Below, piece by piece: positions 49,111-63,128 of a DNA stretch of 64,000 bases; position 1 is the first letter of the stretch; each line of letters starts with the position of its first letter. The position numbers and the translations under genes are program-made. A model generated the notes under the pieces. The model saw only the letters and a program-made list of their open reading frames with translations, was not told the DNA's origin and searched no databases. The stretch is from a candidate division Kazan bacterium RIFCSPHIGHO2_01_FULL_44_14 (GTDB lineage: Bacteria; Patescibacteriota; Kazan-3B-28): assembly GCA_001771185.1 (NCBI GenBank), contig METB01000001.1, forward strand, positions 5,875-69,874, given 5' to 3'.

Positions 49111-52014
49111 ATGTTCTTGAGCGGATGGAATTTGCTACTCGTCAGCTTACTGGTAACTGGTTGGCTGATTTTGTTTTGGCTGGTTGTTGTTTGGCGGAAG
49201 AATTCGATTAATAGTCGGCCGATGGTGGAACCAACTACTAAACCGGCAGGGTTGGCCGAATCCAAAATTACACCGACCACGGTGCCGATTTCAGCAGAAG
49301 GCAAGAGTCAGGAAGGGGTGGTGTTAGCAATCGAAGTACCAAAAGAAAATGAGACCACGCCATTGGCGGCCGAATTGATGTTCGCTTCTCTGCACGGGAT
49401 TTATCGGCCAGAGTTGGATAAGCGCAAGGATTTAACCCAAGAACATGTTGCGTTTGAATTGCAGGCCAAAGAAAAATCAATTCGATTTTTTGTGTGGGTA
49501 CCGCGTCATTTGCAGGGCTATGTCGAAGGACAAGTTTATGCCCAGTACCCAGGTGTAAATGTGTATGAAGTGAAGGATTATGCCAAGACCGAAAAAGTCG
49601 AGGGTGACTTGAGCGCGGCCGCAGCCGAGTTGTCATTGGTTCGAGAAGATATTTTCCCGATTAAGGGTTTTGATAACTTTGATGTTGATCCATTGGCTGG
49701 GATTACGGCGACTTTGAGCAAACTAGAAGGAGTATCGCAAGTCCGGATCCAAATTTTGATGCGGCCAGAAAGTGACGCCTGGAGAAATCGAGCGATTAAC
49801 TATATCGCAGCAATTAAGGCCGGTAAGAAGGACTTTAAAACTACTCTGATAAAGGGGCTGACCGGCTTGGCTTCGGATGTGGTGCGGACCGCAATTAGCG
49901 GTCAACCAACTCCACCGCTAGTTCCCGGTAAAGTTGAATTAGCGCCAGGGGTAGATGAAGTTTTAAAACGAATTGAAGAGAAAAGTAATAAACTGGGTTT
50001 TCAAACTCGGATTCGGATAGTGGCTCTGGACCAATCTATTCCAACGGCTCGACAGAAATTGGATTTGGTAGTTGGTTCATTCAAACAATTCAATACCACT
50101 AACCTGAATGGTTTTGTAGCATCTCCGATTAGCGCATCGGCGGCAGCAATTTTACGGGCCTATGAACAACGTCAATTTGGTGGCAGCGGTTCGGTATTAA
50201 ATGTCGCGGAACTGGCCAGCATTTATCATTTGCCGAGTAAAACCGTGACTACTCCGCATATTGTGTGGGCGGGAAGTAAGAAGGGGGAGCCACCGGCGAA
50301 TTTGCCGTTGGCGGATGAAATTCCGGCTGAAGAACTGACGAATTTAGGCCTGACTGATTTCCGTGGTAGCACGGAAAAATTTGGGATTAAAATAAAAGAT
50401 CGTCGCCGACATATTTATATCATTGGGAAAAGCGGTGTAGGTAAATCAACATTATTAGAGAATATGACACTCGATGATATTCGCGAACGGAGGGGGGTGG
50501 GGGTAGTGGATCCGCACGGTGAGTATGTGGATTATGTGTTGGAGCGAATTCCGTCTTATCGAGTGAATGATGTGATTATATTTGATCCAGGCGACCGGGC
50601 CTTTCCAATTGGATTTAATGTTTTGGAAGTTGATACTCCAGACCAAAAAGTAGTCACGGCTTCGGGAGTAGTCGGCGTATTCAAAAAAATCTTTGGTGAG
50701 TCGTGGGGGCCACGACTTGAATATTGGTTGTCTTCGGCTATCTTGGCTTTGCTGGACTATCCTGACGCGACTCTGATGATGGTCCCGCGGTTATTCACGG
50801 ATGACATATTTCGGGCAGGAGTAATTGATGTGGTGAAAGATCCAGTAATCAAACAGCGCTGGTTAAATGAATACGATCGGTTGGATCAGCGCCAAAGAAA
50901 TGAAACAATTTCACCAATTTTAAATAAGGTCGGGCAGTTCTTGTCGTCTTCGGTTATCCGTAATATTGTGGGCCAGCCCAAGAGTTCGATTGATATGCGA
51001 CAAGTAATGGATGAAGGCAAAATCGTTTTGATTAAATTGGCCAAGGGGTTGATTGGGGAAGATAACGCGGCGTTACTTGGAGCGTTAATGATTACCAAGT
51101 TACAGTTGGCGGCTTTGAGCCGGGCCGATGTCGAAGAAACCAAACGGCCTGATTTTTTCTTGTATGTGGATGAGTTCCAAAACTTTGCCACTGATTCGTT
51201 TGCCACGATTTTGTCGGAAGCCAGAAAATATCATTTGAGTTTAACATTGGCCAACCAATATATGAGCCAATTGTCCGATACGGTTAAGAACGCAATTTTT
51301 GGTAATGTCGGAACCCTAATTTCATTTAGAGTTGGTGGTGATGACGCAGGATTTTTGACCAAGGAATTTGCGCCAGTATTTGACGAGCAGGACTTGGTCA
51401 ATTTGGACATTTTCAAAATCTATTTGAAATTGTCGATTGACGGGCTGACAGCAAACGCGTTCTCGGCCGTGACTTTGCCGCCTTCAACCGATCAAAATCA
51501 AGGTAATGATAAAATCATTAAGTTGTCGCGGGAGCGGTATGCCAAAGATGTGGCATTCGTGGAGGGCAAGGTGCTATCAAGTGCGGATGTCAGCGCGGCA
51601 CTGTCTTCGGCGGGGCAATCCCGGCCTCCACAGTCGTCTCGATACTCCCAACGGCCACAGATGGGCAATAGAGCGCCTTATGCACCTTCTTATCCGGCCA
51701 GTCCGGCTTATCGTCAACCCGGTCTGTCGGCCAGTTCTTCTGCTCCCACCCGGCAGGGTCCAAAAGTGGATTTGTTGAAGAATTTGATCTCTAAAGTTGA
51801 GCGTCAAAAGCAGACGCCGTTGAGCGAAAGCGAAAAAGCCGATGTGGCAAAGACCTTGATGAATGACTTGAAAGACGCTGACGGTTCAATGAAAGACGCA
51901 CTGGATCGAGCCAGGAAACAGCGGGAAGAGGAACAAAAAAACTCCAGCGAACTAAAACCGAACGAGACAATCAAGTTGGATGATGATTATGATCCGCATA
52001 ATGAGCGGAGATAA
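49111..52014 (+). CDS. Membrane-anchored TraD/VirD4/HerA-like (DUF87) ATPase
   Basis: DRRRHIYIIGKSGVGKS, DPHGE, LYVDEFQNF, SEARKY..LANQ. Confidence 0.88.
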   Translation: MFLSGWNLLLVSLLVTGWLILFWLVVVWRKNSINSRPMVEPTTKPAGLAESKITPTTVPISAEGKSQEGVVLAIEVPKENETTPLAAELMFASLHGIYRPELDKRKDLTQEHVAFELQAKEKSIRFFVWVPRHLQGYVEGQVYAQYPGVNVYEVKDYAKTEKVEGDLSAAAAELSLVREDIFPIKGFDNFDVDPLAGITATLSKLEGVSQVRIQILMRPESDAWRNRAINYIAAIKAGKKDFKTTLIKGLTGLASDVVRTAISGQPTPPLVPGKVELAPGVDEVLKRIEEKSNKLGFQTRIRIVALDQSIPTARQKLDLVVGSFKQFNTTNLNGFVASPISASAAAILRAYEQRQFGGSGSVLNVAELASIYHLPSKTVTTPHIVWAGSKKGEPPANLPLADEIPAEELTNLGLTDFRGSTEKFGIKIKDRRRHIYIIGKSGVGKSTLLENMTLDDIRERRGVGVVDPHGEYVDYVLERIPSYRVNDVIIFDPGDRAFPIGFNVLEVDTPDQKVVTASGVVGVFKKIFGESWGPRLEYWLSSAILALLDYPDATLMMVPRLFTDDIFRAGVIDVVKDPVIKQRWLNEYDRLDQRQRNETISPILNKVGQFLSSSVIRNIVGQPKSSIDMRQVMDEGKIVLIKLAKGLIGEDNAALLGALMITKLQLAALSRADVEETKRPDFFLYVDEFQNFATDSFATILSEARKYHLSLTLANQYMSQLSDTVKNAIFGNVGTLISFRVGGDDAGFLTKEFAPVFDEQDLVNLDIFKIYLKLSIDGLTANAFSAVTLPPSTDQNQGNDKIIKLSRERYAKDVAFVEGKVLSSADVSAALSSAGQSRPPQSSRYSQRPQMGNRAPYAPSYPASPAYRQPGLSASSSAPTRQGPKVDLLKNLISKVERQKQTPLSESEKADVAKTLMNDLKDADGSMKDALDRARKQREEEQKNSSELKPNETIKLDDDYDPHNERR

Positions 52015-52102
52015 TTTAATCAATCTCACCAATCTAGACCAATCTTTGCCAATCTGGAGAAAACTCCCTTTGGTTAGATTTCTCTTGCAACATGGGTGGT
52101 AA

Positions 52103-54591
<2,489 letters not shown>

Positions 54592-54638
54592 TGTGATACA
54601 TTCAGGCGTCAGTTTTTAGTGTTCTTTTACATGTTGTA

Positions 54639-55136
54639 TTGTTACATCACTGGGAGGTGAGTGTATTGTCAGGTAAGAGCAAGGAAGGGGGCAGAGCCGA
54701 TGGGGAGCAAAAATTATCCCTTTCAATGACCACGAAGGTGGGCGGAACGGTGAGGGATTATCTTGAAGTATTCCCACTAGAAGCGAAGATTGCCGATGTG
54801 GCACCTGGGCTAACAGTGTCGTATGCGGAGCCCGAAATGACGGTAGGGGAATATCTGAAAAGGTATCCATACAGATCACAGGGTCGATTTAAACAAAGTC
54901 ATCTAGGGTTCCCAGATCCAAAAGTTCCTACCATTCCGAGACAGACAGCATCTAACTGGACCAATGACAGGGAACACTGCGAACATTTTCGCGAAGAGCG
55001 CTGTATCATTAATGGCGTGTGGATTGGTCAATGCATGATTGATCGGTGCGCAAACCGCCCCGACCTTAGAAGCCACCAGCCGACAGCGCAATCTGAACAA
55101 GTGCATTCCGAGGGGGTGATGACGAGTGGAACGTAA
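54639..55136 (+). CDS. Hypothetical protein (start uncertain)
   Basis: ORF with a GGGAGG SD near 54651, so the true start is probably slightly downstream; Cys-rich C-terminus. Confidence 0.5.
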   Translation: MLHHWEVSVLSGKSKEGGRADGEQKLSLSMTTKVGGTVRDYLEVFPLEAKIADVAPGLTVSYAEPEMTVGEYLKRYPYRSQGRFKQSHLGFPDPKVPTIPRQTASNWTNDREHCEHFREERCIINGVWIGQCMIDRCANRPDLRSHQPTAQSEQVHSEGVMTSGT

Positions 55137-55262
55137 AGAAGAGGTGAGATTCAGGACGCACCCGGGTGACCATGGTTATCTCGGGTTGGGCCCAATTAGC
55201 ACCGCAAAACGGGTACATGGTTTCCGAGCGTATTTCCAGGCCTGTTGTGACGGCTGGAAAAT

Positions 55263-55619
55263 ATGGATTCGGCGGAGACGGCGACAGATGGCCAGACGGT
55301 GACTGGTGAATCTTTTAGCGGAGATCTAGTCAAAGGAGGTTGGCGAAATCTTATGTCAGGTGAACAGGACGATACGAAATCAAGTGCGACTTTAAAACAG
55401 TGGCGGGACATGGTCCGGCATGCTTTCACCCAAGAACAGTTGCGTTCAATAGAACAAAACCAGCGAATGTTAGGAAAGCAACTGTCACCCATGCATCAGA
55501 CAAAGTTTGAGCGGACTCTCCGGTTGCGTGCCGGAAAAATTCGCCAAGAGGTTTGCCAGAAGGCCATAGAGGAAGCAGAGAAGGATTATCAAGCGACTAT
55601 GGCAAAGATCGGTGACTAA
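55263..55619 (+). CDS. Hypothetical protein
   Basis: 118-aa helical ORF; terminator at 55651-55683. Confidence 0.5.
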   Translation: MDSAETATDGQTVTGESFSGDLVKGGWRNLMSGEQDDTKSSATLKQWRDMVRHAFTQEQLRSIEQNQRMLGKQLSPMHQTKFERTLRLRAGKIRQEVCQKAIEEAEKDYQATMAKIGD

Positions 55620-55766
55620 AGGTCTGATAACGAGATTGTTTCTTTTGCTTAACCCGCTCTAGGGTATCTGGAGCGGGTTTTTTCTTTGTCTTTGGTCTGA
55701 TTTTTCAGGTATAATGACCCCATAGAATGAGTGTAATAACCAATCACCAAGCACCAAATTCCAAAA

Positions 55767-56075
55767 ATGAAAACGGGGAAATTACCAAAGGAACAAGTTG
55801 ATTGGGTGGCTAAATTGGCCCATATCGGGCTGACTGGGTCAGAAACGTCTAAGTATGCCGAAGAACTGTCGGCGGTTTTGGGGTATGTCGATGAATTACA
55901 GAAAGTGGATACCTCAACGGTGGATGAAACCATGCAGATTACTGATTTAAAAAATGTCACAGCGGTTGATGCAATTGGTAAATGCGAAATTGTTCGCGAA
56001 GAATTTTTACAGCGGGCGCCGACATCAGAAAAAGGTTATATCAAGGTGAAGAAAGTGTTTGACAGAAAAGTATAA
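55767..56075 (+). CDS. gatC: Asp/Glu-tRNA amidotransferase subunit C
   Basis: VAKLAHI..VLGYVDELQKVDT; precedes gatA. Confidence 0.9.
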   Translation: MKTGKLPKEQVDWVAKLAHIGLTGSETSKYAEELSAVLGYVDELQKVDTSTVDETMQITDLKNVTAVDAIGKCEIVREEFLQRAPTSEKGYIKVKKVFDRKV

Positions 56076-56080
56076 CTTTT

Positions 56081-56160
56081 CTGTCATCCTGAACTTGTTT
56101 CAGGATCTAGGTGCTGAAACCCCTCGGTAAATTCGGGACATTGTAAGTTCAGCATGACAG
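56081..56160. repeat. GTCAT...ATGAC element with a nested 24-nt palindrome
   Basis: ctgtcatcctgaacttgtttcaggatct..ctgaaac[ccctcggtaaattcgggacattgt]aagttcagcatgacag. Confidence 0.85.
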
Positions 56161-56163
56161 AGT

Positions 56164-57516
56164 ATGAATATTGAAGAAGCGGAAAAATTAGGGATTGAAC
56201 AGGCAACAAAGGAATCGCTGACGACGATTAAAGTCAAATCCGATTTGAATGCAATATTGGCTACTGTTGCCAAACCGATTATTTCAAAAACTGGCATTCT
56301 GAATGTGCCGTATTTGTGCAAAGACAATATTGTCACGCTGGGAACCAAGACGACTGCCGCCTCAAAAATTTTGGAGAATTTTGAGTCGCCATATGAGGCA
56401 ACAGTGGTCAGACGTTTGCGCGAAGCTGGAGCGGTTTTAATCGGCAAAACTAACCTGGATGAATTTGCGATGGGCTCCAGTACCGAAAATTCGGCTTACG
56501 GCGTGACCAAAAACCCAGTTGACGAGACCAGAGTGCCAGGGGGAAGTTCGGGTGGGAGTGCGGCCGCGGTGGCCTCTGGAATGGTCCCATTTGCATTAGG
56601 TAGTGATACGGGTGGCTCGATTCGACAACCGGCTAGTTTTTGTGGAGTAGTGGGGCTGATGCCGACTTATGGTCGAGTTAGCCGGTACGGATTAATTGCG
56701 ATGGCTAGTTCTTTAGATCGAATCGGTCCAATCACGACTTGTGTCAAAGATGCAGCCCGGGTATTGCAAATAATTGCCGGATATGATGAACATGATTCTA
56801 CAACGGTAGATATTGAAGTTCCGGATTATGTGAGTGTGTTGGATGGCGATATTAAGGGCTTGAAGATTGGAGTGCCGAAAGAATATTTTGGCGAGGGGGT
56901 GAATGAAACAATCGTTCAAGTGGTGCGTTTGGGAATTGAAATGTTAGAAAAACAGGGAGCTGTTGTTCGAGAGATTTCTTTGCCCAATTCCAAATATGCC
57001 TTGGCGACTTACTATATTATTCAACCCAGCGAGGTGTCGGCCAACTTAGCCCGGTATGACGGAATTCGATACGGCATTAGTGCTAAGGATGCTAATAATT
57101 TATGGGAAGTGTATGACAAATCGCGGGCCCAAGGTTTTGGAGTGGAAGTGAAGCGCCGAATTATGTTGGGAACTTATACATTGTCGGCGGGTTTTCGCGA
57201 CGCTTATTATGACAAGGCCCAGCGGGTGAGAACTTTAATTAAACAAGATTTTGATAAGGCATTTGAGCAAGTCGATGTAATAATTTCTCCAACTACTCCG
57301 ACGGTAGCTTTTAAAATTGGTGAACGAGTCCAAGACCCTTTGAGCATGTACAGAGCTGATTTATTGACTGCCCCCGCCAGTTTGGCGGGTCTGCCAGCTA
57401 TTTCGGTGCCGGGTGGCGAAGTCGAAGGGCTACCGGTTGGCTTGCAAATCATGGGCCGACAGTTTGATGAAAAGACGATTTTGCGGGTGGCATATGCTTA
57501 TGAACAAGTAAGATAA
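56164..57516 (+). CDS. gatA: Amidotransferase subunit A
   Basis: [32 protein letters not shown]. Confidence 0.97.
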   Translation: MNIEEAEKLGIEQATKESLTTIKVKSDLNAILATVAKPIISKTGILNVPYLCKDNIVTLGTKTTAASKILENFESPYEATVVRRLREAGAVLIGKTNLDEFAMGSSTENSAYGVTKNPVDETRVPGGSSGGSAAAVASGMVPFALGSDTGGSIRQPASFCGVVGLMPTYGRVSRYGLIAMASSLDRIGPITTCVKDAARVLQIIAGYDEHDSTTVDIEVPDYVSVLDGDIKGLKIGVPKEYFGEGVNETIVQVVRLGIEMLEKQGAVVREISLPNSKYALATYYIIQPSEVSANLARYDGIRYGISAKDANNLWEVYDKSRAQGFGVEVKRRIMLGTYTLSAGFRDAYYDKAQRVRTLIKQDFDKAFEQVDVIISPTTPTVAFKIGERVQDPLSMYRADLLTAPASLAGLPAISVPGGEVEGLPVGLQIMGRQFDEKTILRVAYAYEQVR

Positions 57517-57644
57517 GTATTGGGTTACGAATATTAAAAGATTATTTCCTGAGTAAGCGAAGCGCATCGAAGGATTACCATGGAGTAGGTCTTCAACTGC
57601 GCCTAGTCGGCTTCGCTCAGACAATAAATAGAGGATAATAATTT

Positions 57645-58058
57645 ATGATTTACGGCTGGATAATTTTTATTGTGACGTTGGTGGGTGGCGGACTTTTATT
57701 GTACGCCATATCCAAAAAACGAACCCTGTCTGATGCGGATAAGGCAAAAATTCAGCGAACTTGGATCAATCTCGAATTATTAATTGAGGGCGATAATGAA
57801 TCGGAATGGGTTAAAGCCATCTTTGAGGCGGATAAATTGTTGAATTATGTATTGCAGCAAAGGCAGGTGGCTGGCAGTAATCTTGGTGAACGGTTACGAA
57901 ATTCCCGGTCATTGTTCGGCAATGTTGATGTCGCCTGGCAAGCTCACAAGGTTCGAAATGAACTGGCTCACAATATTGATACTAGATTAACGCGATTGCA
58001 AGTGGAAAGAACGATCGATAATTTCCGGCGGGCCTTAAAACAGCTGGGAGCATTATAA
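57645..58058 (+). CDS. Conserved hypothetical membrane-anchored protein
   Basis: TM followed by AIFEADKLL..GERLR..AWQAHKVRNELAH. Confidence 0.75.
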   Translation: MIYGWIIFIVTLVGGGLLLYAISKKRTLSDADKAKIQRTWINLELLIEGDNESEWVKAIFEADKLLNYVLQQRQVAGSNLGERLRNSRSLFGNVDVAWQAHKVRNELAHNIDTRLTRLQVERTIDNFRRALKQLGAL

Positions 58059-58098
58059 ATAATCTAATCAATTTCATCCGATCTCACCAATCTAATCA

Positions 58099-59463
58099 AT
58101 GAATAAAACAATCGACAAATATGAGGCGACGATTGGACTGGAAATCCACGTTCAACTTGGAACCAAATCCAAGATGTTTTGTCGGTGCGACAATAATTCG
58201 GATACAGCCAAACCCAATACCAATGTCTGCCCAGTGTGCATGGGCTATCCTGGAACTTTGCCGGTGATTAATGGTCAAACAATCGATTGGGGAATTAAAA
58301 CCGCTCTAGCGTTGGGTTGTTCGATTAATCCAATGCAACGGTTTGATCGCAAAAATTATTTTTATCCTGATTTACCCAAGGGTTATCAAATTTCCCAATT
58401 CTTTTATCCGGTGGGTGAAAAAGGTAATCTGGTGGTGGATTATTTGGGGACTGATCGGAAGACCAAACATGAATTTACAGTCGGGATTACCCGACTCCAT
58501 TTAGAAGAAGATGCCGGAAAACTGGTCCATACTTCGGATGCTACATTGGTGGACTTGAATCGGTGTGGGACTCCATTGGCCGAAATTGTAACCGAACCAG
58601 ACATTAAGTCGCCCGAAGAAGCCAGGGCGTTTATGCAGGAACTGCAATGCCTCGTTCGATTACTGGGTGTGTCATCGGCTGACATGGAAAAAGGTCACCT
58701 GCGGGTGGACGCGAATGTATCGGTCAGACCAATTGGACAGCCAACATTAGGAGCCAAAGTCGAAGTTAAAAACATGAACTCGTTTAAGTTTATGGAACAA
58801 GCGCTCAAATTTGAAATTGTTAGACAGACCGAAATGTTGGAACGGGGCGAGAAAATAGAACAAGAAACCAGGGGCTGGGACGAAAAAACCAATTCAACTG
58901 TGTCGCAACGCAGTAAAGAAGGTTCGGTGGACTATCGGTATTTCCCAGAACCGGATTTGCCACCGATTACTATCAATGATGAACAGATCGAAAAGTGGAA
59001 CCGATCATTGATATTGCCGTCCGTTCTGCGCGAAAGAGCAGAACAAAAAGGTTTAGCATATGACCGGGTTGTTGAATTACAAGATAAAGATAAGTTGGTG
59101 CTGTTTTTGGGGGTGTTGCATTCAAGGGGTGGACTCAATCCTACCCAAGTCGCAAACTGGATTGAAAAATTTAATGACGAGGAAAAGTTAATCGAATTTA
59201 TGGATGTAGTTGGTAAACACAATCTTTCAACTACGGCTGCCAAAAAATATTTAGAAACCGGTAAAATTCCCGAAACAATGGATGATGCTGTTTTGCGAGA
59301 AATGGTCGGTCAGGTATTAGATGAAAATCCGGAGGTGGTAGCCAAGTTTAAGGCCGGTGATGTTAAGGTGTCGGCCTATTTGATGGGGCAAGTGATCAAA
59401 AAGAGTGGGGGAGGGGCAGAACCCGCTCTGGTACAGCAAATTTTGATAGACCTATTGACATAA
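58099..59463 (+). CDS. gatB: Amidotransferase subunit B
   Basis: IGLEIHVQL, RKNYFYPDLPKGYQISQ, YRYFPEPDLPP. Confidence 0.97.
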   Translation: MNKTIDKYEATIGLEIHVQLGTKSKMFCRCDNNSDTAKPNTNVCPVCMGYPGTLPVINGQTIDWGIKTALALGCSINPMQRFDRKNYFYPDLPKGYQISQFFYPVGEKGNLVVDYLGTDRKTKHEFTVGITRLHLEEDAGKLVHTSDATLVDLNRCGTPLAEIVTEPDIKSPEEARAFMQELQCLVRLLGVSSADMEKGHLRVDANVSVRPIGQPTLGAKVEVKNMNSFKFMEQALKFEIVRQTEMLERGEKIEQETRGWDEKTNSTVSQRSKEGSVDYRYFPEPDLPPITINDEQIEKWNRSLILPSVLRERAEQKGLAYDRVVELQDKDKLVLFLGVLHSRGGLNPTQVANWIEKFNDEEKLIEFMDVVGKHNLSTTAAKKYLETGKIPETMDDAVLREMVGQVLDENPEVVAKFKAGDVKVSAYLMGQVIKKSGGGAEPALVQQILIDLLT

Positions 59464-59487
59464 TAAATAAAGTGTGGTATAATAGAT

Positions 59488-59847
59488 TTGAAAGGTAAAA
59501 ATAACGAAAAACCGTTTATGGGACAAGAAAAACGGGGGAATAATAAGCAAGAAGGACAGAAGGGTTCATTTTACGAACAAGATAAAAAACCCCAGCCAAT
59601 TGAGCTAACTGGTTCGAGGATGGCTCCAGACGCCGAGTTTGAGCCAGAGGTGGCGGTGCCTTTTTCTGATCACGAGGCATTTCCAGAGGACGCCAATCAG
59701 AGAGCGGTTGGAATAATGGAAGTAGTTACAGAAAGAAGTTTAGGCCAATCGGATGATATTTACGCCAAGATTGATGAGATTCTCGACTCAAATCTAACGA
59801 CAGATAGTAGAGCGATGTATAAGGTTACAAACGCGCTCAATAACTAA
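59488..59847 (+). CDS. Hypothetical protein
   Basis: Downstream of TTGACA-17-TATAAT (59455-59483); start is either 59488 or 59518. Confidence 0.6.
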   Translation: MKGKNNEKPFMGQEKRGNNKQEGQKGSFYEQDKKPQPIELTGSRMAPDAEFEPEVAVPFSDHEAFPEDANQRAVGIMEVVTERSLGQSDDIYAKIDEILDSNLTTDSRAMYKVTNALNN

Positions 59848-59856
59848 AACCGAATC

Positions 59857-62262
59857 ATGACTTGGCTGGGGATAATAATTGGATTGGTTGGGCTGGCCAT
59901 TATCGGCTGGTTTATTTTTATGCGCAAAAAGCCAGTAGTTCAGCAAGACGATGTTAGAACTCGGGTTAATTTAATGATTACAGTCCCACAGGGGAAGAGA
60001 GACGACGCCCAAAAAGAACTCAAGGCATTGATTTCGCCAATGGAAGTAATTTTGGGAAACCTGACCGGAGTAGCCGAAGTGGTAGGGGAACGGCACTTTA
60101 CTTTTGAAATTGCGACCGAAGGGGAGTTGATTACATTTTACTTAACTGCGCCTGAAGAACTGGTAGATTTTGTGGAAAAACAAATTACTTCTCAATATCC
60201 GGAAGCGGCGGTGGAACGGGCGCCGTATCCAAATATTTTTCCCAAAGAGGGGAGAACGGCGGCTACTCAACTTAAATTAAAGAAAGAAAGTTGGTTGCCG
60301 ATTGTAACTTTTGAAAAGATGACAACTGACGGATTGAATGCGTTAACCAACGCTTTAAGTAAATTGGTAGATATGAAGTCCGGGGCCAGTATTCAGATTG
60401 CTTTTCGTCCAACTACTAATAGCAAATGGCAAGGAAAAGCCCACGGTATCGCTCGGGCCATGCAACAAGGCAAGGAATCAGGTAGTATCAGTAAAGGAGT
60501 AATTAAAGGCCTGACTGGGCTAGTTGGCCCCCAAGATAAAGACAAGGGTGGCGAAGTTCCGAAGAAGTTGACTCAACTTCAGGAAGAGGTGATTGGCCGG
60601 ATTGAACAAAAGGCCTCAAAACCAGGATTTGATGTAGTAATCCGATTAATCACCGCTGCTCCAGACGAACCATCTGCTAGAATGCACCTCAAGTCATTGG
60701 CAGATAGTTTTTTGCAATTTAGTTCGCCGGAGTTAAATCAATTTGAAGCCAGCAATCAAATCGAACAAGAAGTAATTCGCAATTATGTATTGCGTCAGTT
60801 TGGTGACATAAAAAATAGTTTCATTTTAAATACTGAAGAGTTAGCGACTATTTTCCATATTCCAACAGTTCAGACCGATACACCAAACCTTAGATGGCAA
60901 AAAGCCAAGCGGTTGGCTGGACCGGACAATCTGCCGAGTGAAGGTGTGATTTTGGGTAAAAATGTGTTTCGAGGAGTCGAAAAAACGGTTCGAATCAAAA
61001 CTGATGACCGGCGTCGGCATATTTATACGATTGGTAAAACCGGGACTGGTAAAACTACCTGGATGCAGAATCTGGCCTTGCAGGACATTATCAATGGCGA
61101 GGGAGTGTGTGTAATTGATCCTCACGGCGACATGATTGAATGGATTCTTCAGCGGGTGCCAAAAGACCGGGTAGATGATGTAATCTATTTTTATCCGCCA
61201 GACATTGAACGACCGTTAGGATTGAATTTATTAGAAGCCAAAACCGCGGCCGCGCGCGATATGGTGGTAGCGGAAATGATCGCGATTTTCTATAAGTTAT
61301 TTGATCCGCAGAGTTCAGGAATTGTCGGTCCGATTTTTGAACACTATATGCGAAATTCGATGTTGCTACTACTGGCCGATTCTGAAGAAGGGGCGACGCT
61401 CATTGATATTCCGAGGGTCTTTACTGACAGGGCGTTTCGCGAACGCAAGTTACAACATGTGACCGACCCAACGGTGTTGCGGTTCTGGAAAGAAGAGTTT
61501 GCCCAGGCCGAAAAAAGTAATCAAGTAGGGGAGTTGTTCTCTTATATTGTTTCGAAGGTGGGACGGTTTATTAGCAACGAAATGATGCGGAATATTGTTG
61601 GTCAAACCAAGAGCGCTTTTGATATTCGAGACATTATGGACAACAAAAAGATTTTATTGGTGAACTTGGCTAAGGGCTTAACTGGTGATATTAACAGCAA
61701 CCTGCTCGGATTTATTATTGTGTCAAAACTGCAGATGGCAGCGCTTAGTCGGGCCGATGTGCCAGAAGCCAACCGGCCTGACTTCTATTTGTATATTGAT
61801 GAATTTCAGAATGTAACCACCGATTCAATTTCAACGATTTTGTCAGAGGCCAGAAAGTATCGGCTGAACTTAACTATCGCTCACCAGTTTGTGGCTCAAC
61901 TAGAAGATAAGATTCGTGATGCGGTGCTAGGCAATGTGGGCTCGATTGTGGCCTTCCGAATTGGAGCACTGGACACCGATGTAATCGGCAAGGAATTTGC
62001 GCCAGAAGTGAGTGAGAATGATTTAGTGAATATTGAGAGTCGGAATGCCTATGTGAAATTAATGATTAGTGGAGCCTCTAGCAAGCCCTTTACCATGCAG
62101 ACACTACCCCCAATGGGGTCTGATAACCCTCGAATTGGTCAGGCCATCAAGCAACTGTCACGACTGAAGTTTGGTAAAGATCGCCGGACTGTCGAATTAC
62201 AGGTCGGAGAAAGAATTAAATATGTGAAAGATATTGACCTGTCTGGGAGGTTGCCATTATAG
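59857..62262 (+). CDS. Second membrane-anchored TraD/VirD4/HerA-like ATPase
   Basis: DRRRHIYTIGKTGTGKT, DPHGD, LYIDEFQN, SEARKY; paralogue of 49111-52014. Confidence 0.88.
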   Translation: MTWLGIIIGLVGLAIIGWFIFMRKKPVVQQDDVRTRVNLMITVPQGKRDDAQKELKALISPMEVILGNLTGVAEVVGERHFTFEIATEGELITFYLTAPEELVDFVEKQITSQYPEAAVERAPYPNIFPKEGRTAATQLKLKKESWLPIVTFEKMTTDGLNALTNALSKLVDMKSGASIQIAFRPTTNSKWQGKAHGIARAMQQGKESGSISKGVIKGLTGLVGPQDKDKGGEVPKKLTQLQEEVIGRIEQKASKPGFDVVIRLITAAPDEPSARMHLKSLADSFLQFSSPELNQFEASNQIEQEVIRNYVLRQFGDIKNSFILNTEELATIFHIPTVQTDTPNLRWQKAKRLAGPDNLPSEGVILGKNVFRGVEKTVRIKTDDRRRHIYTIGKTGTGKTTWMQNLALQDIINGEGVCVIDPHGDMIEWILQRVPKDRVDDVIYFYPPDIERPLGLNLLEAKTAAARDMVVAEMIAIFYKLFDPQSSGIVGPIFEHYMRNSMLLLLADSEEGATLIDIPRVFTDRAFRERKLQHVTDPTVLRFWKEEFAQAEKSNQVGELFSYIVSKVGRFISNEMMRNIVGQTKSAFDIRDIMDNKKILLVNLAKGLTGDINSNLLGFIIVSKLQMAALSRADVPEANRPDFYLYIDEFQNVTTDSISTILSEARKYRLNLTIAHQFVAQLEDKIRDAVLGNVGSIVAFRIGALDTDVIGKEFAPEVSENDLVNIESRNAYVKLMISGASSKPFTMQTLPPMGSDNPRIGQAIKQLSRLKFGKDRRTVELQVGERIKYVKDIDLSGRLPL

Positions 62263-62387
62263 GTTAAAAATAGTATGCTCGGGCATACCAGAATAAATAA
62301 CAAATATCAAATGACAAACAAATTCCAAATTTCAAATACCAAACCAAATACCAAGTTCTAAACAAGATAAACAAGAAAGGAAACAAA

Positions 62388-62918
62388 ATGCCAGACAAAT
62401 CAAAAATCGAAGTCGTCAAACAATTGCTAGAAACCGCTACTGCTAACTTGGCTTCGGCCAAGCAGATTTTAGGTGAACTCTTGGGTACCTCATTTGATGA
62501 CCTGCCGAGTCGGACAATCGGATTAAAGTCCGAAGGTAATGTGGTGGAAGGCGTGTTTGATGGTGAGCATATGCTAGACAAGGACGGCAAGAAGTATCCA
62601 GTGCCGGCTAATTATGCTAGTAAATCAAAATTGGTGGCTGGCGATGTGTTGAAATTAACCATTCAAGATGATGGTTCATTTATCTTTAAACAAATCGGTC
62701 CAATTGAACGGAAGAGTTTAATTGGGACGGTGGTCTATGAAAACGACCAATATAAGGTTGTGGCTGGCGGGAAGTCCTATCAGGTCCTGATGGCCTCTGT
62801 AACATACTTTAAGCTTAAACCAGGGGATCAGGCCACCATACTGGTTCCAGCAGATAATGAGGGCTGTCAGTGGGCCGCGATTGAAAGTGCGGTAATCACA
62901 CCGGGGAGTGAAGGATAA
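62388..62918 (+). CDS. Conserved CPR-type hypothetical protein
   Basis: VVEGVFDG..KYPVPANYASKSKLVAGD.LKLTI..FKQIGP. Confidence 0.8.
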   Translation: MPDKSKIEVVKQLLETATANLASAKQILGELLGTSFDDLPSRTIGLKSEGNVVEGVFDGEHMLDKDGKKYPVPANYASKSKLVAGDVLKLTIQDDGSFIFKQIGPIERKSLIGTVVYENDQYKVVAGGKSYQVLMASVTYFKLKPGDQATILVPADNEGCQWAAIESAVITPGSEG

Positions 62919-63071
62919 CTGGGGCAATAATCAATAACCGAGCACCGAATCTCAAATAAGGAGATATCTACTTAGGACTTCGCACAAGATACATTGTGCG
63001 ACATTGTCTATCTTGGTCTCTTGGACCATCCCGAGTGTAGCCGAGGGACCTCCCCCGCCGAATATAAAAAT

Positions 63072-63128
63072 GTCATTTCGAGCGTAGTCGAGAAATCTAT
63101 GTAGATTCTGAAACAAGTTCAGAATGAC
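63072..63128. repeat. GTCAT...ATGAC palindromic element
   Basis: gtcatttcgagcgtagtcgagaaatcta..tagattctgaaacaagttcagaatgac. Confidence 0.8.

Noticed and set aside
59123-59145. Possible repeat insertion in gatB (SRGGLNPT)
   Set aside because: The palindrome is weak and has no clear intergenic copy in the window
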